Numbered from the stretch's first letter, positions 28,541 to 38,544 are shown. The stretch is 64,000 bases of DNA from a candidate division FCPU426 bacterium (GCA_963796105.1 CAWCKJ010000014.1:39369-103368), one strand, 5' to 3'. Numbers and translations are program-made. Notes: generated by a model not told the origin, from the letters alone.

Positions 28541-29008
28541 ATGTTTAAAGAATTGCTTTTGAAAGGGACAGGCTGGGCCAGGGGAAGAAATGGTTATTTC
28601 ATTCCCCGGAAGGTGGATTGCTTCAAGGACATTGAAGGGAATCTTAACCTTTCGGTTTCTTCGAGCCGAGCCGGGAAAACCGACCCGATCAGCCTAAAGA
28701 TATCCAGGGCGGAGGCCTTGGAATTGGCCGAAAACATCCTTTCGGTTTTGAAACCGAAGGCGGAAACCAAGTTGGTTGTCGTCATTGAGGGGGGAAACGT
28801 CCAGGAAATCATGGCAAACCGCCCAGGGGTCAAGATTTGCAAAGTCGATTATGACTGTGAGGGGGCCGACCGGGCCGAGGTTAAAAGGGTTCTCCAATTT
28901 GGGAACAACAACAAAAAGACTTATGAACTGGCTTACGTCCGCCATTGGGGAGAAGCATCACCAGAACCAAGAGAAATTAAGCGTTTCTTTCGCAACGCCA
29001 TGCAGTGA
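28541..29008 (+). CDS. Hypothetical protein (C-terminal half resembles 38658)
   Basis: AAGGAG RBS; KLVVVIEGGNVQ...KVDYDCEG. Confidence 0.7.
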   Translation: MFKELLLKGTGWARGRNGYFIPRKVDCFKDIEGNLNLSVSSSRAGKTDPISLKISRAEALELAENILSVLKPKAETKLVVVIEGGNVQEIMANRPGVKICKVDYDCEGADRAEVKRVLQFGNNNKKTYELAYVRHWGEASPEPREIKRFFRNAMQ

Positions 29009-29016
29009 GGCGGGAA

Positions 29017-29211
29017 ATGAAAACATTTGAGTTTTACTTTTACCGGCCCGCGACAACGGATGAAAAACGGGTGAATAATTTCGGCCCGATTTTGGAAATG
29101 GCCAGGATTGAAGGCAACACGAAGTCGTCGGCTGTCAAGTCGGCAAAACTTCACGCTCGAAGTAACGGATGGAGATTTTTAGAGGATTTCACGAGGGAGG
29201 TTTTACCATGA
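29017..29211 (+). CDS. Hypothetical protein
   Basis: GAGG RBS, operonic. Confidence 0.6.
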   Translation: MKTFEFYFYRPATTDEKRVNNFGPILEMARIEGNTKSSAVKSAKLHARSNGWRFLEDFTREVLP

Positions 29212-29399
29212 AATATTCCGCAATTCCTTCTCCACAATTTAGCGCGATTGTTTCTTATGCTTGCCGGGCGGTCGCTTTTTGGGAGAATTACCAGCCTGAA
29301 ATCCTTTCTCAAACCGTCTACCAAAAAGAAATGACCCGGTATTTTCAAAATTTAATGAAAAAACTCAATGACATTGAGGAAGTGAAAACAATTGAATAG
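29208..29399 (+). CDS. Hypothetical protein
   Basis: GGAGG RBS; ATGA overlap. Confidence 0.6.
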   Translation: MKYSAIPSPQFSAIVSYACRAVAFWENYQPEILSQTVYQKEMTRYFQNLMKKLNDIEEVKTIE

Positions 29400-29422
29400 T
29401 AGGATTTTAGAAAGGAGGAAGT

Positions 29423-29827
29423 ATGGATTCGAAAATCCCGGAATTGAATTACAAGGCTTTGTCGGAATTGGCCGGAAAGGATATAACCGAATGGGCCAGC
29501 CGGTCGGGCCGGACCATGAAATTTAAGGCCAATGGTTACATGGACTTGCACCTGGAATGCCTTTCCAAGAATCACATTTCCTTAACCCATTATTATGAAC
29601 TGAACGGGGATTTAGTCCCCGATCCGGATATGGAAATCCATCTATACCCCGAAAATAAAACGGCCCTTGCAATTCATTTCCAAAATTCATTGGGGTATTG
29701 GGAGGTATACCCAGACGGGAAGGAGGACCCCCGCCAATTCAGGAGCCAAAACGAATTTTTAGCGGACTGGCTTGCAAACATTAAAAAACAGACTTTTACT
29801 TTGGCCGAGGAACAATCTGCCGAATAG
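29423..29827 (+). CDS. DUF6908/DUF1249-like protein
   Basis: ISLTHYYELNGDLVPDPDMEI...FLADWLANIKKQ. Confidence 0.65.
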   Translation: MDSKIPELNYKALSELAGKDITEWASRSGRTMKFKANGYMDLHLECLSKNHISLTHYYELNGDLVPDPDMEIHLYPENKTALAIHFQNSLGYWEVYPDGKEDPRQFRSQNEFLADWLANIKKQTFTLAEEQSAE

Positions 29828-29861
29828 GCGGCTTGTTAATTTCCGGGCATAAGCACCGGGG

Positions 29862-29925
29862 GCCGGTTCTATTATGGAACCGGCACACCCAAACCTCGCG
29901 TCTCGACTTGTGGTCTCAACGCAGG
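29862..29925. repeat. A module
   Basis: GCCGGTTC-TATTATG-GAACCGGC-ACACCCAA...GCGTC-TC-GAC-TTGTG-GTC-TC-AACGC-AGG. Confidence 0.9.
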
Positions 29926-30076
29926 AAGGCGTTTCCCCCGGACCCCCTTTGTCCGTTTTGTCACCCCCTACACCGAAAGGATGGAAACCTCGCCGTCCGC
30001 AACATCGGCGGCCATGTAGCTTTCCCATTATCAGTTCTCTTTTTTTGAAGTGCGAAAAAAGGAGTGAGGTATAGCT

Positions 30077-31039
30077 TCATACATAAGAAACAGATTTAAC
30101 CTGGTGTGGACATTGATTGATTTCAACAGTGATATGGGCTATTTCCTCATGTTGTTGAAGTATTTCTTTAACAGATTGGGGCGTCATTTTAACGTCGTCG
30201 GTAACCAAACTTATAGCGCAGGAATAATTTTCTTTTCCAACGCGCCAAACATGGAGGTCAGAAATCCGGGTGGATTCCGACCATTGGGGATGTTTTTCGA
30301 TGGTATCCCTGATTTCAATCACGACGGGGCTGTCCATTTCGCGGTCCAACAAAACTTGGCTGGTTTCCTTGATTAACCCCCATGCCCAAAGAGCCACCAC
30401 TGTCGCGCCAACAATTCCCATGACGGGATCCAGCCAAACCCAACCCAAAAACATGCCACCGGATAAAGCCAGCACGGCAAGCATGGAAGTCCCTGCATCC
30501 ACCATAACGTGAACGTAGGCGGATTTGAGGTTTAAATCATGGTGGTGATGATCGTGTCCTTCCGTATGGTGGTGGCCGTCATGATGAGCTTTTCCCAAAA
30601 TGAGGGCGCATATGATATTGACGAAGAGACCCACTACCGCTACGGGAATGGCCTCCGCAAAACGGATAGGGCGTGGTGTATGAAGGTTTTCGAGGGAACT
30701 CAGAACCATATAGGCCGCGATGACCATTAGCAAAACAGCGCTGGTAAACCCGCCTAATACCTCGATCTTCCACGTGCCAAATGCATATCTCCCATCATTC
30801 GCGTGCCTACGGGCGACTACGTAAGCAAGTGCGCTCAGGCCGATGGCAATCGTGTGTGAACTCATGTGCCAGCCGTCAGCGAACAATGCCATGGAATTAA
30901 ACCACCAACCAGCCCATATCTCGATGATCATCATAATTGCTGTAATGGATGCAACCACGCGGGTGCTCCGCTCGGCGTGCTTGTTTTCATTATTGAACAC
31001 GTGGGTATGCAACCAACTACTAAGGTCTTGTGTGTGCAT
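30077..31039 (-). CDS. dmeF: CDF-family Co/Ni efflux transporter, DmeF-like
   Basis: SMALFADGWHMSSH, His-rich loop, DLNLKSAYVHV..D, DLHVWRVG. Confidence 0.9.
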   Translation of the reverse strand: MHTQDLSSWLHTHVFNNENKHAERSTRVVASITAIMMIIEIWAGWWFNSMALFADGWHMSSHTIAIGLSALAYVVARRHANDGRYAFGTWKIEVLGGFTSAVLLMVIAAYMVLSSLENLHTPRPIRFAEAIPVAVVGLFVNIICALILGKAHHDGHHHTEGHDHHHHDLNLKSAYVHVMVDAGTSMLAVLALSGGMFLGWVWLDPVMGIVGATVVALWAWGLIKETSQVLLDREMDSPVVIEIRDTIEKHPQWSESTRISDLHVWRVGKENYSCAISLVTDDVKMTPQSVKEILQQHEEIAHITVEINQCPHQVKSVSYV

Positions 31040-31162
31040 TTTATTTACCTTGATTCGGCGTTAAATAATTTAAGCATGAAGATTTCCAGGAATCCAGATT
31101 CGGATGAAAATAAACTAGTCAGAATCCTTCAAAAAATTTAACAATCATAACCAACGCAATCG

Positions 31163-31745
31163 TGTAACCTTCCCATTGCCCGGGTGGCGATCCCCCCAGC
31201 CCCCCCAGGGGAAGGGAACAGCCCCTTCCCCGTTGTCAAACAGCCTCAATGCTGTTTGCCCAACCAAAGCTTGGTCATCGCTTTGTGAGCGATTGACCAG
31301 GTGCCCATCCCTAGCCCGGTGGTAGATCCCCCCGGATCCCCCGCGGCGCGCCGGTTCTTATATGGAACCGGCACACCCAAACCACGCATCTCGGCTTGAG
31401 GCCTCGACGCAGAGAGAAAGACAACGTGGAAGAAAACCGATCCGGGGGCGGCGTCACCAACTCTTATTGAGTTGGCATTGTCAACCTTCACCCCTCGCCT
31501 TGTGGGCGAGGGTGGATAAACGCCGTTGGGGTCGGTCGGCGCCTAAAAGCCAAAACGGCCGGGCTTCGTTCCTCGCTGATCCGGCCTCACGGATGTTTTG
31601 TCTTTTCCCCCAATAATGCTTAAACCAACGACGCACTTCCCCCCCGGACTCGATTTTCCATAGCCAACACCTCTTTGTGCTCCGTTTGCGCCCCCAAGAA
31701 TTTTGTGAGGGGGCGCACCCGGAGGGTGCTCTCTCCTCAAATAAA
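31163..31745. repeat. Long leader repeat R3 (extra A module at 31350-31414)
   Basis: Colinear with R2 and R4; directly upstream of the ardC RBS. Confidence 0.92.
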
Positions 31746-31762
31746 GAAAAGGAGTAGAAAAA

Positions 31763-32650
31763 ATGAGTACTAAAGAAAGGCTTTCAAATCTGATCGAGGA
31801 AGTTACCGACAAAATCATTAAGGACATGGAAACCGGGGTCATGCCCTGGGAAAAACCTTGGTTCTTTATTCCATCGGTCAATGGTTCATCCAAACACGTT
31901 TACCAGGGAATGAACCTTTTACTTTTGGGCTATGAGCGCCAGGTTAAAGGCTATTCATCCCCAATATGGATGACTTTTTTACAATGCAAGAACCTCGGGG
32001 GCCGTGTGAAAAAAGGCCAGGAGGGGACCGAGATTATTTATTTTGAAATTAAAACGAAGGTTTCCGACGAGAAGGAAACGGACGGGAAAAACAAAAAGGA
32101 GACTTTTCCTTTTGTGCGCCTTCACTACGTTTTCAACCTGGACCAGTTGGAAGGCCTGGACCACCTCAAGGAGAAAATTACCCCCAACCGGGTCGCCAAC
32201 AACCAGGAAGCCGACCGGATTATTAAGGAATCGGGGGCCAATATCGTTTATGACCAGTTAAGGGACAAGGCCTTTTACACGGTGGCCACCGATACCATCA
32301 CCCTACCCTTCAAGGAATCCTTTAAGACGACCGAAGGATTTTATGAGGTTTTTTTTCACGAGCTATGCCATTGGGTAGGCGGACCCAAGAGGCTTAACCG
32401 GAATCTTCAAAGCAAATTTGGTTCCGATCCCTACGCCGCCGAGGAACTTGTGGCGGAATTCGGAGCCGCCGTCCTTTGCGCCCACGTGGGCATCCCCTAC
32501 CATACCAACCACGCCGCTTATGTCGCTTCCTGGATTAAGGGATTAAAGGATGAACCAAAAGCCCTTATGACCGCAGTTACCCAGGCCCAAAAAGCCGTGG
32601 ATTTTCTCTTGAAGCCGGTTTCAGAGGAAAAAGAAAAGGAGGTAGCTTAG
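31763..32650 (+). CDS. ardC: ArdC-like ssDNA-binding antirestriction protein
   Basis: PWEKPW, YQGMN, WMTFLQ..GGRVKKG, VFNLDQ, HELCHW, YAAEELVAE, HAAYVASW. Confidence 0.95.
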   Translation: MSTKERLSNLIEEVTDKIIKDMETGVMPWEKPWFFIPSVNGSSKHVYQGMNLLLLGYERQVKGYSSPIWMTFLQCKNLGGRVKKGQEGTEIIYFEIKTKVSDEKETDGKNKKETFPFVRLHYVFNLDQLEGLDHLKEKITPNRVANNQEADRIIKESGANIVYDQLRDKAFYTVATDTITLPFKESFKTTEGFYEVFFHELCHWVGGPKRLNRNLQSKFGSDPYAAEELVAEFGAAVLCAHVGIPYHTNHAAYVASWIKGLKDEPKALMTAVTQAQKAVDFLLKPVSEEKEKEVA

Positions 32651-32674
32651 TGGAATTTTTAACGAAGGAAAGGC

Positions 32675-32703
32675 TTGAAAATGAGTAATATAATTATTAC
32701 ACT
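32675..32703 (+). promoter_or_regulatory. Sigma70 promoter with palindromic operator
   Basis: TTGAAA-17 bp-TACACT; GTAATATAATTATTAC overlaps it. Confidence 0.55.
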
Positions 32704-32713
32704 TGGTTTAGGC

Positions 32714-33052
32714 ATGGAAAACCACCCTTTTGAAGTGAAATTTTTAGAAGTCGATGGGAAAGAACTTTACAAAGAGTGGCACCGTCGTTTGAAGGATAAT
32801 ACCGCCAAGGAACGCATTCAGACGGCGGTTGACAGGATGGTGGACGGGAATTTTGGCGATCACCACGACTTGCCAAATACTGGGGGCCTTTGGGAATTAA
32901 GGATTCATTACGGAAAAGGGTATCGGGTTTATTATGGTTTCCATAAGGGAGCCATTATCGTAGTGGTTTGCGGGGGCGAAAAAGACAACCAGGACAGCAA
33001 CATAAGGAAAGCTACTAAACTTTGGACGGCTTTCAAAAGGAGTTTAAAATGA
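32714..33052 (+). CDS. RelE-superfamily addiction toxin (HI1419-like)
   Basis: GNFGD...GLWELRIHYGKGYRVYY...GGEKDNQ. Confidence 0.92.
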   Translation: MENHPFEVKFLEVDGKELYKEWHRRLKDNTAKERIQTAVDRMVDGNFGDHHDLPNTGGLWELRIHYGKGYRVYYGFHKGAIIVVVCGGEKDNQDSNIRKATKLWTAFKRSLK

Positions 33053-33366
33053 AATTCAGATTAGTTGACCACAAAGAATATTTATTCGAAGAATTGAAAA
33101 AACCAGCAAGGCGGATTGGATACATCAACGCCGCTTGGGAAACTGGGGACTTTAAATACTTTTTAAGAGCCCTAAAGAACGTGGCCGACGCCCTGGGGGG
33201 GATGAAAAAACTTTCCCAAGAAACACAGTTGGCCAGGGAAGCCCTCTATACCACGCTTTCCGAAAAAGGAAACCCGACCCTTTCCAGTCTTGAAAAGATT
33301 CTTCATGCCTTTGGAGTGCGGATTGTTTTCGCGAAGGAACTTGCCCAAAGTAAAAAGAGCGCCTAA
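33049..33366 (+). CDS. Addiction antidote (HI1420-like)
   Basis: GGMKKLS...REALYTTLSEKGNPTL. Confidence 0.9.
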   Translation: MKFRLVDHKEYLFEELKKPARRIGYINAAWETGDFKYFLRALKNVADALGGMKKLSQETQLAREALYTTLSEKGNPTLSSLEKILHAFGVRIVFAKELAQSKKSA

Positions 33367-33387
33367 AACACATCTCATCCCTAGAGT

Positions 33388-33426
33388 AAAGCTTCCCGGC
33401 CATAGGCCGGGAGGCTTTTTGTTTTT
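33388..33426. terminator. Intrinsic terminator
   Basis: AAAGCTTCCCGGCC-ATA-GGCCGGGAGGCTTTTT. Confidence 0.75.
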
Positions 33427-33524
33427 AAGTGCAAGAATCACGTTGGCATGACATAGGCCCCTTACCTCGGCCTGGCCACCCTCACGGGATTGAAGAAGTT
33501 TCGCCGTCCGCAAAACAGCGTCCG

Positions 33525-34037
33525 TGTAATCTTCCCTATGGCCAGGCCTCGTTAATATTTTTAAAAAGGGAGCGATAACCCTCTCCCTTAAATCCTCTCG
33601 TAGCCCGGGTGGCGATCCCCCGGAGCCCCCCAGGGGAAGGGAACAGACCCTTCCCCATTGTCAAACAGCCTCAATGCTGTTTGCCCAACCAAACCGCCGT
33701 CACCGCCTTGTGTGCGATGACGAGGTGCCCATCCCTAGCCCGGTGGTAGATCCCCCCGGAACCCCCACGTCGAAAGACAACCTGGAAGAAAATCAATCCG
33801 GGGGCGGCTTCGCCGTTGGGGTCGGTCGGCGCCTAAAAGCCAAAACGGCCGGGCTTCGTTCCTCGCTGATCCGGCCTCACGGATGTTTTGTCTTTTCCCC
33901 CAATAATGCTTAAACCAACGACGCACTTCCCCCCGGACTCGGTTTTCCATAACCAACACCTCTTTGTGCTCCGTCTGCGCCCCCAAGGATTTTGTGAGGG
34001 GGCGCACCCGGAGGGTGCTCTCTCCTCAAATAAATCA
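33525..34037. repeat. Long leader repeat R4 (lacks the B module)
   Basis: Colinear with R2 and R3; GGCGGCTTCGCCG stands where they carry B. Confidence 0.92.
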
Positions 34038-34220
34038 AAGGGAGTAGGTCACATGAAGAAAAGGGCAAAGCAGTTAGAAATGAATCTGGAAACGATGTTC
34101 CAAATCCCGCCGACGGTTCCGCCGATTTCATGGGCGGATTATGCCGACTTCCGGATTATGCCGACCTCTCTGTTAAAAGTAGCTATTGAGGCGGCGGACG
34201 TTGCAAGAAGGTCGGCATAA

Positions 34221-35210
34221 TCAGAGCGCTTCCAGAAAGGTCAGAAGAGCATCAACTGGCTGATAGCGCCCAGGTGTCATGTGAGCTTGATCGGTTTTGG
34301 CGAGGGCTTTTTCTTTGAGAGCGAGGTCGGCGTGCAGGTATATCTGTGTGGTCTCGATCTGCTCATGACCAAGCCACAACGCAATGACAGCCGTATCGAC
34401 ACCGGCTTTCAACAATCGCATTGCCACGCTGTGTCGAAGGACATGCATGGTCACATTCTTCAAGCCGAGTGATGGGCAGGCCTTCAAAGCGATTTCCATG
34501 TACTTGGCAAGTCGATGTTCAAGAGCGTCTCGGCTGAGTGCCTTGCCGGTACAAGTTGGAAAGAGTGTATCTGTAGGTGGCCCGGTATGTTCCGCAAGCC
34601 ACGCGCGAAGAATCCTCACCATGTCGGAGGTTAGCGGAGTGATACGCTCTTTGCGACCTTTTCCCAAACAACTGACATGTGCTCCGGTGCCAAGATGGAT
34701 ATCGACGCGTCGCAAACTTATCAATTCTGATACCCTCAGTCCTGTCTGAACTGCGAGTCCAAACAAGGCGTAATCACGCCGACCAGTCCATGTGGATCGA
34801 TGAGGGGCTGCCAGCAATGCCTCAATCTCCGGTTCGTTGAGAAACGCAACCAAATTTCTCTCATAGCGTTTCGATGGGATTGCAAGCACACGCTCGATCA
34901 AGGCCGCGTGTTCCGGATGACGAAGAGCGGTGTACCGAAAAAAACTATGGATTGCGGCAAGTCGGGCATTGCGGGTACGCACGTTGTTTCCGCGTTCTTC
35001 CTCAAGTTGGTTCAGGAATGCGCCAATCAGGGGAGCATCGAGGACTTCAATATCCAACTTGGAAGGCTGACAACCTTGCTGCTTGGAGGCAAAAGCCAAC
35101 AGCAATCGCAAAGTGTCCCGATAGGCAGCAATGGTGTGGGGACTTGCCTGCCGTTGAGTCATAAGGCGGTCAGTGAAAAACGCCTGCAAAGACGTAGCGA
35201 GTGCGCTCAC
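34221..35210 (-). CDS. ritC: RIT tyrosine recombinase C
   Basis: SPHTIAAYRD, TGLRVSE, HVLRHS.AM, WLGHE...TTQIY. Confidence 0.9.
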   Translation of the reverse strand: MSALATSLQAFFTDRLMTQRQASPHTIAAYRDTLRLLLAFASKQQGCQPSKLDIEVLDAPLIGAFLNQLEEERGNNVRTRNARLAAIHSFFRYTALRHPEHAALIERVLAIPSKRYERNLVAFLNEPEIEALLAAPHRSTWTGRRDYALFGLAVQTGLRVSELISLRRVDIHLGTGAHVSCLGKGRKERITPLTSDMVRILRAWLAEHTGPPTDTLFPTCTGKALSRDALEHRLAKYMEIALKACPSLGLKNVTMHVLRHSVAMRLLKAGVDTAVIALWLGHEQIETTQIYLHADLALKEKALAKTDQAHMTPGRYQPVDALLTFLEAL

Positions 35211-36133
35211 AATGCACCTCCAAGGTGGCGTTCAAGGCGATTGCCCGCGAGTTTCATTAATTCAGGAGCCGCCGAAAGATACCAATAGGTGTTTTTAGGG
35301 TCCACGTGTCCCAGATAGGTCGATAGCAACGGGAGTTTTGTACCTGGGTCCTCTTCGCTACGGTAACTTTCAAGAAGAGTGTTTACGGCAAAGCTATGGC
35401 GAAAGTCGTGGATTCTCGGACGGCAGGAAGCAGATCGGGGCTTGAGCCCGGCTTTACGTCTCAACTTTCGGAAAGTTTCTTGGACGCTGGAAGGCGATAA
35501 CCTTTTTCCGACAGAAGAAATAAGAAGCGCCGATGTATTTGCCACCAAACGTGGCTGATCGCGTTTGCTTAAATAATCGCGCAGAGCCCTTGCCGTACTC
35601 GAATGTAACGGTAAAATACGCGACTTTCCAAATTTGCCCTCTCTGACAGTGAGGAGTTTATGATTAGAATCAAAATCCTCTCGATCAAGATGGATGGCTT
35701 CACTGATCCGCATTCCAGTCACTGTCAAAAGCCCGATCAACGTTTGAAAAGTTGCGGCAAGGTGTGGAAATTTCAATGTTTTCGCTGCCGAGATCAATGC
35801 CAGTACTTCTTCTTTTGAATATAGGTAGGGTGTAGCTCGACAGCGTTTCCAAGGCAAAAGATCCGAAGGGGGTATTTCTGTTTTGGGATCAATGGACTTG
35901 AGATAGATAGCAAAACCGCGAACGATGGTGAGTCGGTTAGACAGCCAACTCCGATGAGTGGTTCCAGGCAACTGAGCCCAGGCCAAAGCCGATTGGGTGC
36001 TCAAATGCTTTTCGCCAAGCCCCTCAAGATAAGTGAGAAATTGATGGAGAAGCTTGCCATCTCCCTCGAGCTTATAGCCGAGCTTTCGCCGTACAGCCAA
36101 ATAATCGCTAAGAACTTGATGTAGGAAACTCAT
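35207..36133 (-). CDS. ritB: RIT tyrosine recombinase B
   Basis: TGMRISE, PRIHDFRHSFAV, STYLGH...TYWYL. Confidence 0.9.
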   Translation of the reverse strand: MSFLHQVLSDYLAVRRKLGYKLEGDGKLLHQFLTYLEGLGEKHLSTQSALAWAQLPGTTHRSWLSNRLTIVRGFAIYLKSIDPKTEIPPSDLLPWKRCRATPYLYSKEEVLALISAAKTLKFPHLAATFQTLIGLLTVTGMRISEAIHLDREDFDSNHKLLTVREGKFGKSRILPLHSSTARALRDYLSKRDQPRLVANTSALLISSVGKRLSPSSVQETFRKLRRKAGLKPRSASCRPRIHDFRHSFAVNTLLESYRSEEDPGTKLPLLSTYLGHVDPKNTYWYLSAAPELMKLAGNRLERHLGGAL

Positions 36134-37347
36134 GCGACACCTCCTACCCAGGCAGGAGCAATGGTTCGCAAAGCTTTTAGGTCCACCTTGGCGTAGATTG
36201 CCGTTGTAAGAATGCGACTATGCCGTAGAACCTGACCGACTTCCGGCAAAGATGCTCCGGCACGTAACATTTGTGTGGCTAGGGTATGGCGTAACCGATG
36301 GGCGCCAACTCGTCCGAGACCTGCCCTTTGGGCGGCAGAAATCACAACTTTTCTCACGCCATCGCTTCTAAGAGCGCCATGTGGAGCTATCACACGCAGA
36401 AAGATTTGTCGGCTTTCAGTTCCAACTGGACGACCTCGATGTAGATAGACCGCTAACGCCTCACCGACATCTTGGGGCAATGGTAATCGATCTAAACGGT
36501 TTGACTTACCATTCAAAATGATTTCACCCGACCTCCAATCAATGTCGTCTAGTTTCAAGGCGGCAATTTCACCCGCGCGCAACCCAAGCCTGGCCAGCAA
36601 TTTCATGATGGCGAAGTCACGGCATCCGGTTCGTGTGCGACGGTCACAGGCGGCCAACATTTTATTGACCTGCTTAGGTTCCATGTATTTTGGAATACCG
36701 ACCAGTTGCCTCATGCATATGGATGGTACTGCTAAGGCCAATTGTTGTTTGATCGCACCATTAACAAAGAGGAACCTAAGAAACGACCGTAATGCCGTTA
36801 CAGCTTTTTTAGTACTTCTTTTGGTCTGACGTTTACAAAGTGTTACCACGAAGGTGGTGACATCGTGAGCATTCAGATTGGAAAGTTCTAAATCATGGCC
36901 ATTGGAAGAAATTCGGGTATTCAGAAATGTTCGAACTTCGTGTATGTATCGGCAGGTATTTTTATGCACCAATCCTCGTTCGATTTCGAGATAGTGCCGG
37001 AATCGATCCAAAAGAAGTTCCATTGGTTCATGGGATTGAGTCGGAATCTCACCTGGAATGATTTTCAAGTTGCGTAGATGGTTGAGGAAAGGTTTTAGGG
37101 CTTGAACAGACAGAAGTTCTGAATAACCCAGAGAACGACGCACTTTCAAAAATTGTACTATTTTTTCCAAACAAAGGTCGCCTACATCCAATCCTTCTTC
37201 CATCAGCCAACGACTTAGATGGGCCACTAAATGTATTTGATGTAGCGCAGATCCCTTGGTATAGCCTTGACGCAAAAGCTCCCTTGTAAAGTCACTCGCC
37301 AATGGCTTCAAAGGCCCGGAAACACTAGCTCTAAATAGTTGATTCAT
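36130..37347 (-). CDS. ritA: RIT tyrosine recombinase A
   Basis: LGLRAGE, HRLRH, LRH...TAIYAK. Confidence 0.9.
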   Translation of the reverse strand: MNQLFRASVSGPLKPLASDFTRELLRQGYTKGSALHQIHLVAHLSRWLMEEGLDVGDLCLEKIVQFLKVRRSLGYSELLSVQALKPFLNHLRNLKIIPGEIPTQSHEPMELLLDRFRHYLEIERGLVHKNTCRYIHEVRTFLNTRISSNGHDLELSNLNAHDVTTFVVTLCKRQTKRSTKKAVTALRSFLRFLFVNGAIKQQLALAVPSICMRQLVGIPKYMEPKQVNKMLAACDRRTRTGCRDFAIMKLLARLGLRAGEIAALKLDDIDWRSGEIILNGKSNRLDRLPLPQDVGEALAVYLHRGRPVGTESRQIFLRVIAPHGALRSDGVRKVVISAAQRAGLGRVGAHRLRHTLATQMLRAGASLPEVGQVLRHSRILTTAIYAKVDLKALRTIAPAWVGGVA

Positions 37348-37934
37348 AATCGTCTCCTCTTTTTAGTGTGATAAAAAGAGGAGTTTACATCGCCCAAAAG
37401 ACTCACATTATTATGCCGACCTTCTTGCAACGTCCGCCGCCTCAATAGCCACTTTTAACAGAGAGGTCGGCATAATCCGGAAGTCGGCATAATCCGCCTT
37501 ATGCCGATGTCGGCATAAGGCTGAGGCAAGGGCGGATTATAAAAGGGGTCCGGTTGTCGCAGGCCCGGAAGACGCCATTGGATATTTCAAGAAATACATC
37601 GGAGGCATGGATAAAGAAGCTTTCTTGACCATGTACCTCGACCACAGAAACCACGTCCTTGAATGCGAAGCCCAGGGCGGAACGGTGGACCATACGGCTT
37701 GCTATCCCCGCGAAATCCTGAAAAAAGCTTTGATGCTTAACGCCACTGGCTTGATTTTGGCCCATAACCATCCAGCCGGAAGCCTCGAACCGTCCGAAGG
37801 GGACCAGCAATTGACCCGCCAGGTTTCAACCGCCGCCCGTGCGCTTGGTTTGACCGTGCACGATCACGTAATCGTAACCCACGAAGGCCATTTTTCTTTC
37901 CGCCAAACCGGCCTTTTGGCTTAAGGGGGAAATC

Positions 37935-38207
37935 ATGAACCCGGAAATTAAAAAAGTTGAAATCCACCTTCCCTTTTCTCCCTGGAAATGTAACCACGGA
38001 TGGGACGAGGAAAAAGAAGCGAAGCCTTGCCCCGCTTGTAATGGGTTTTGTATGTCATGCGGGGAAAAAATATTTCCGCTCGACCCGGAAACGGGCTTTT
38101 GCTTGATCTGTGAGGATGTTTTTGAAGCCGATTACCAATTTTACAAAGAAACCAACGAACCCCATGAATTTATGGGCCAATTGGATTTTATCCATCAGGA
38201 AAGTTAA
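37935..38207 (+). CDS. Cys-rich hypothetical protein
   Basis: CPACNGFCMSCG, CLIC. Confidence 0.65.
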   Translation: MNPEIKKVEIHLPFSPWKCNHGWDEEKEAKPCPACNGFCMSCGEKIFPLDPETGFCLICEDVFEADYQFYKETNEPHEFMGQLDFIHQES

Positions 38208-38243
38208 TTAAACGCCCGTAAGGGCAAAAAAAAAGGAGGCTTT

Positions 38244-38540
38244 ATGAAAGTTGTATTGTTGGGACCGGAGAAGGAAACCGAGAAGGAGTTTAAAGGATTT
38301 GCCCTTGAAGCTTATGAGGTATACGACGTTTTGGCGTACCTCTTAAAGAAGCACGGCCTTGGGGAGGTAGCGGGAGCATTAACAAACTATCTAACCGACC
38401 AGGCCGAAACGGTTTTCACGAAACTGGATTTTGACGCAGGGGGGGAAATGCTTGTCGGGTTATCCGCCGCGCGGGCTTTAGACGTATGCGCCGCCGCCGC
38501 AGAATCCCTTTCTAACTTTGCGGAAAAATACAAAATTTAA
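38244..38540 (+). CDS. Hypothetical protein
   Basis: AAGGAGG RBS. Confidence 0.7.
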   Translation: MKVVLLGPEKETEKEFKGFALEAYEVYDVLAYLLKKHGLGEVAGALTNYLTDQAETVFTKLDFDAGGEMLVGLSAARALDVCAAAAESLSNFAEKYKI

Positions 38541-38544
38541 TGGG

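Larger units (their letters stand above)
34133..37521 (-). mobile_element. RIT (recombinase-in-trio) element
   Basis: Three overlapping tyrosine recombinases. ~88-bp terminal IRs (34133-34221 and 37410-37498) rich in TTATGCCG, plus an adjacent TTATGCCGATGTCGGCATAA palindrome. Confidence 0.92.
34053..37924 (+). pseudogene. radC: RadC/JAB-domain gene apparently interrupted by the RIT element
   Basis: Short 5' ORF from 34053 after R4. The 3' part from ~37520 has GTVD...PREI...AHNHPAGS.EPS..D...DHVIV. Confidence 0.8.
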
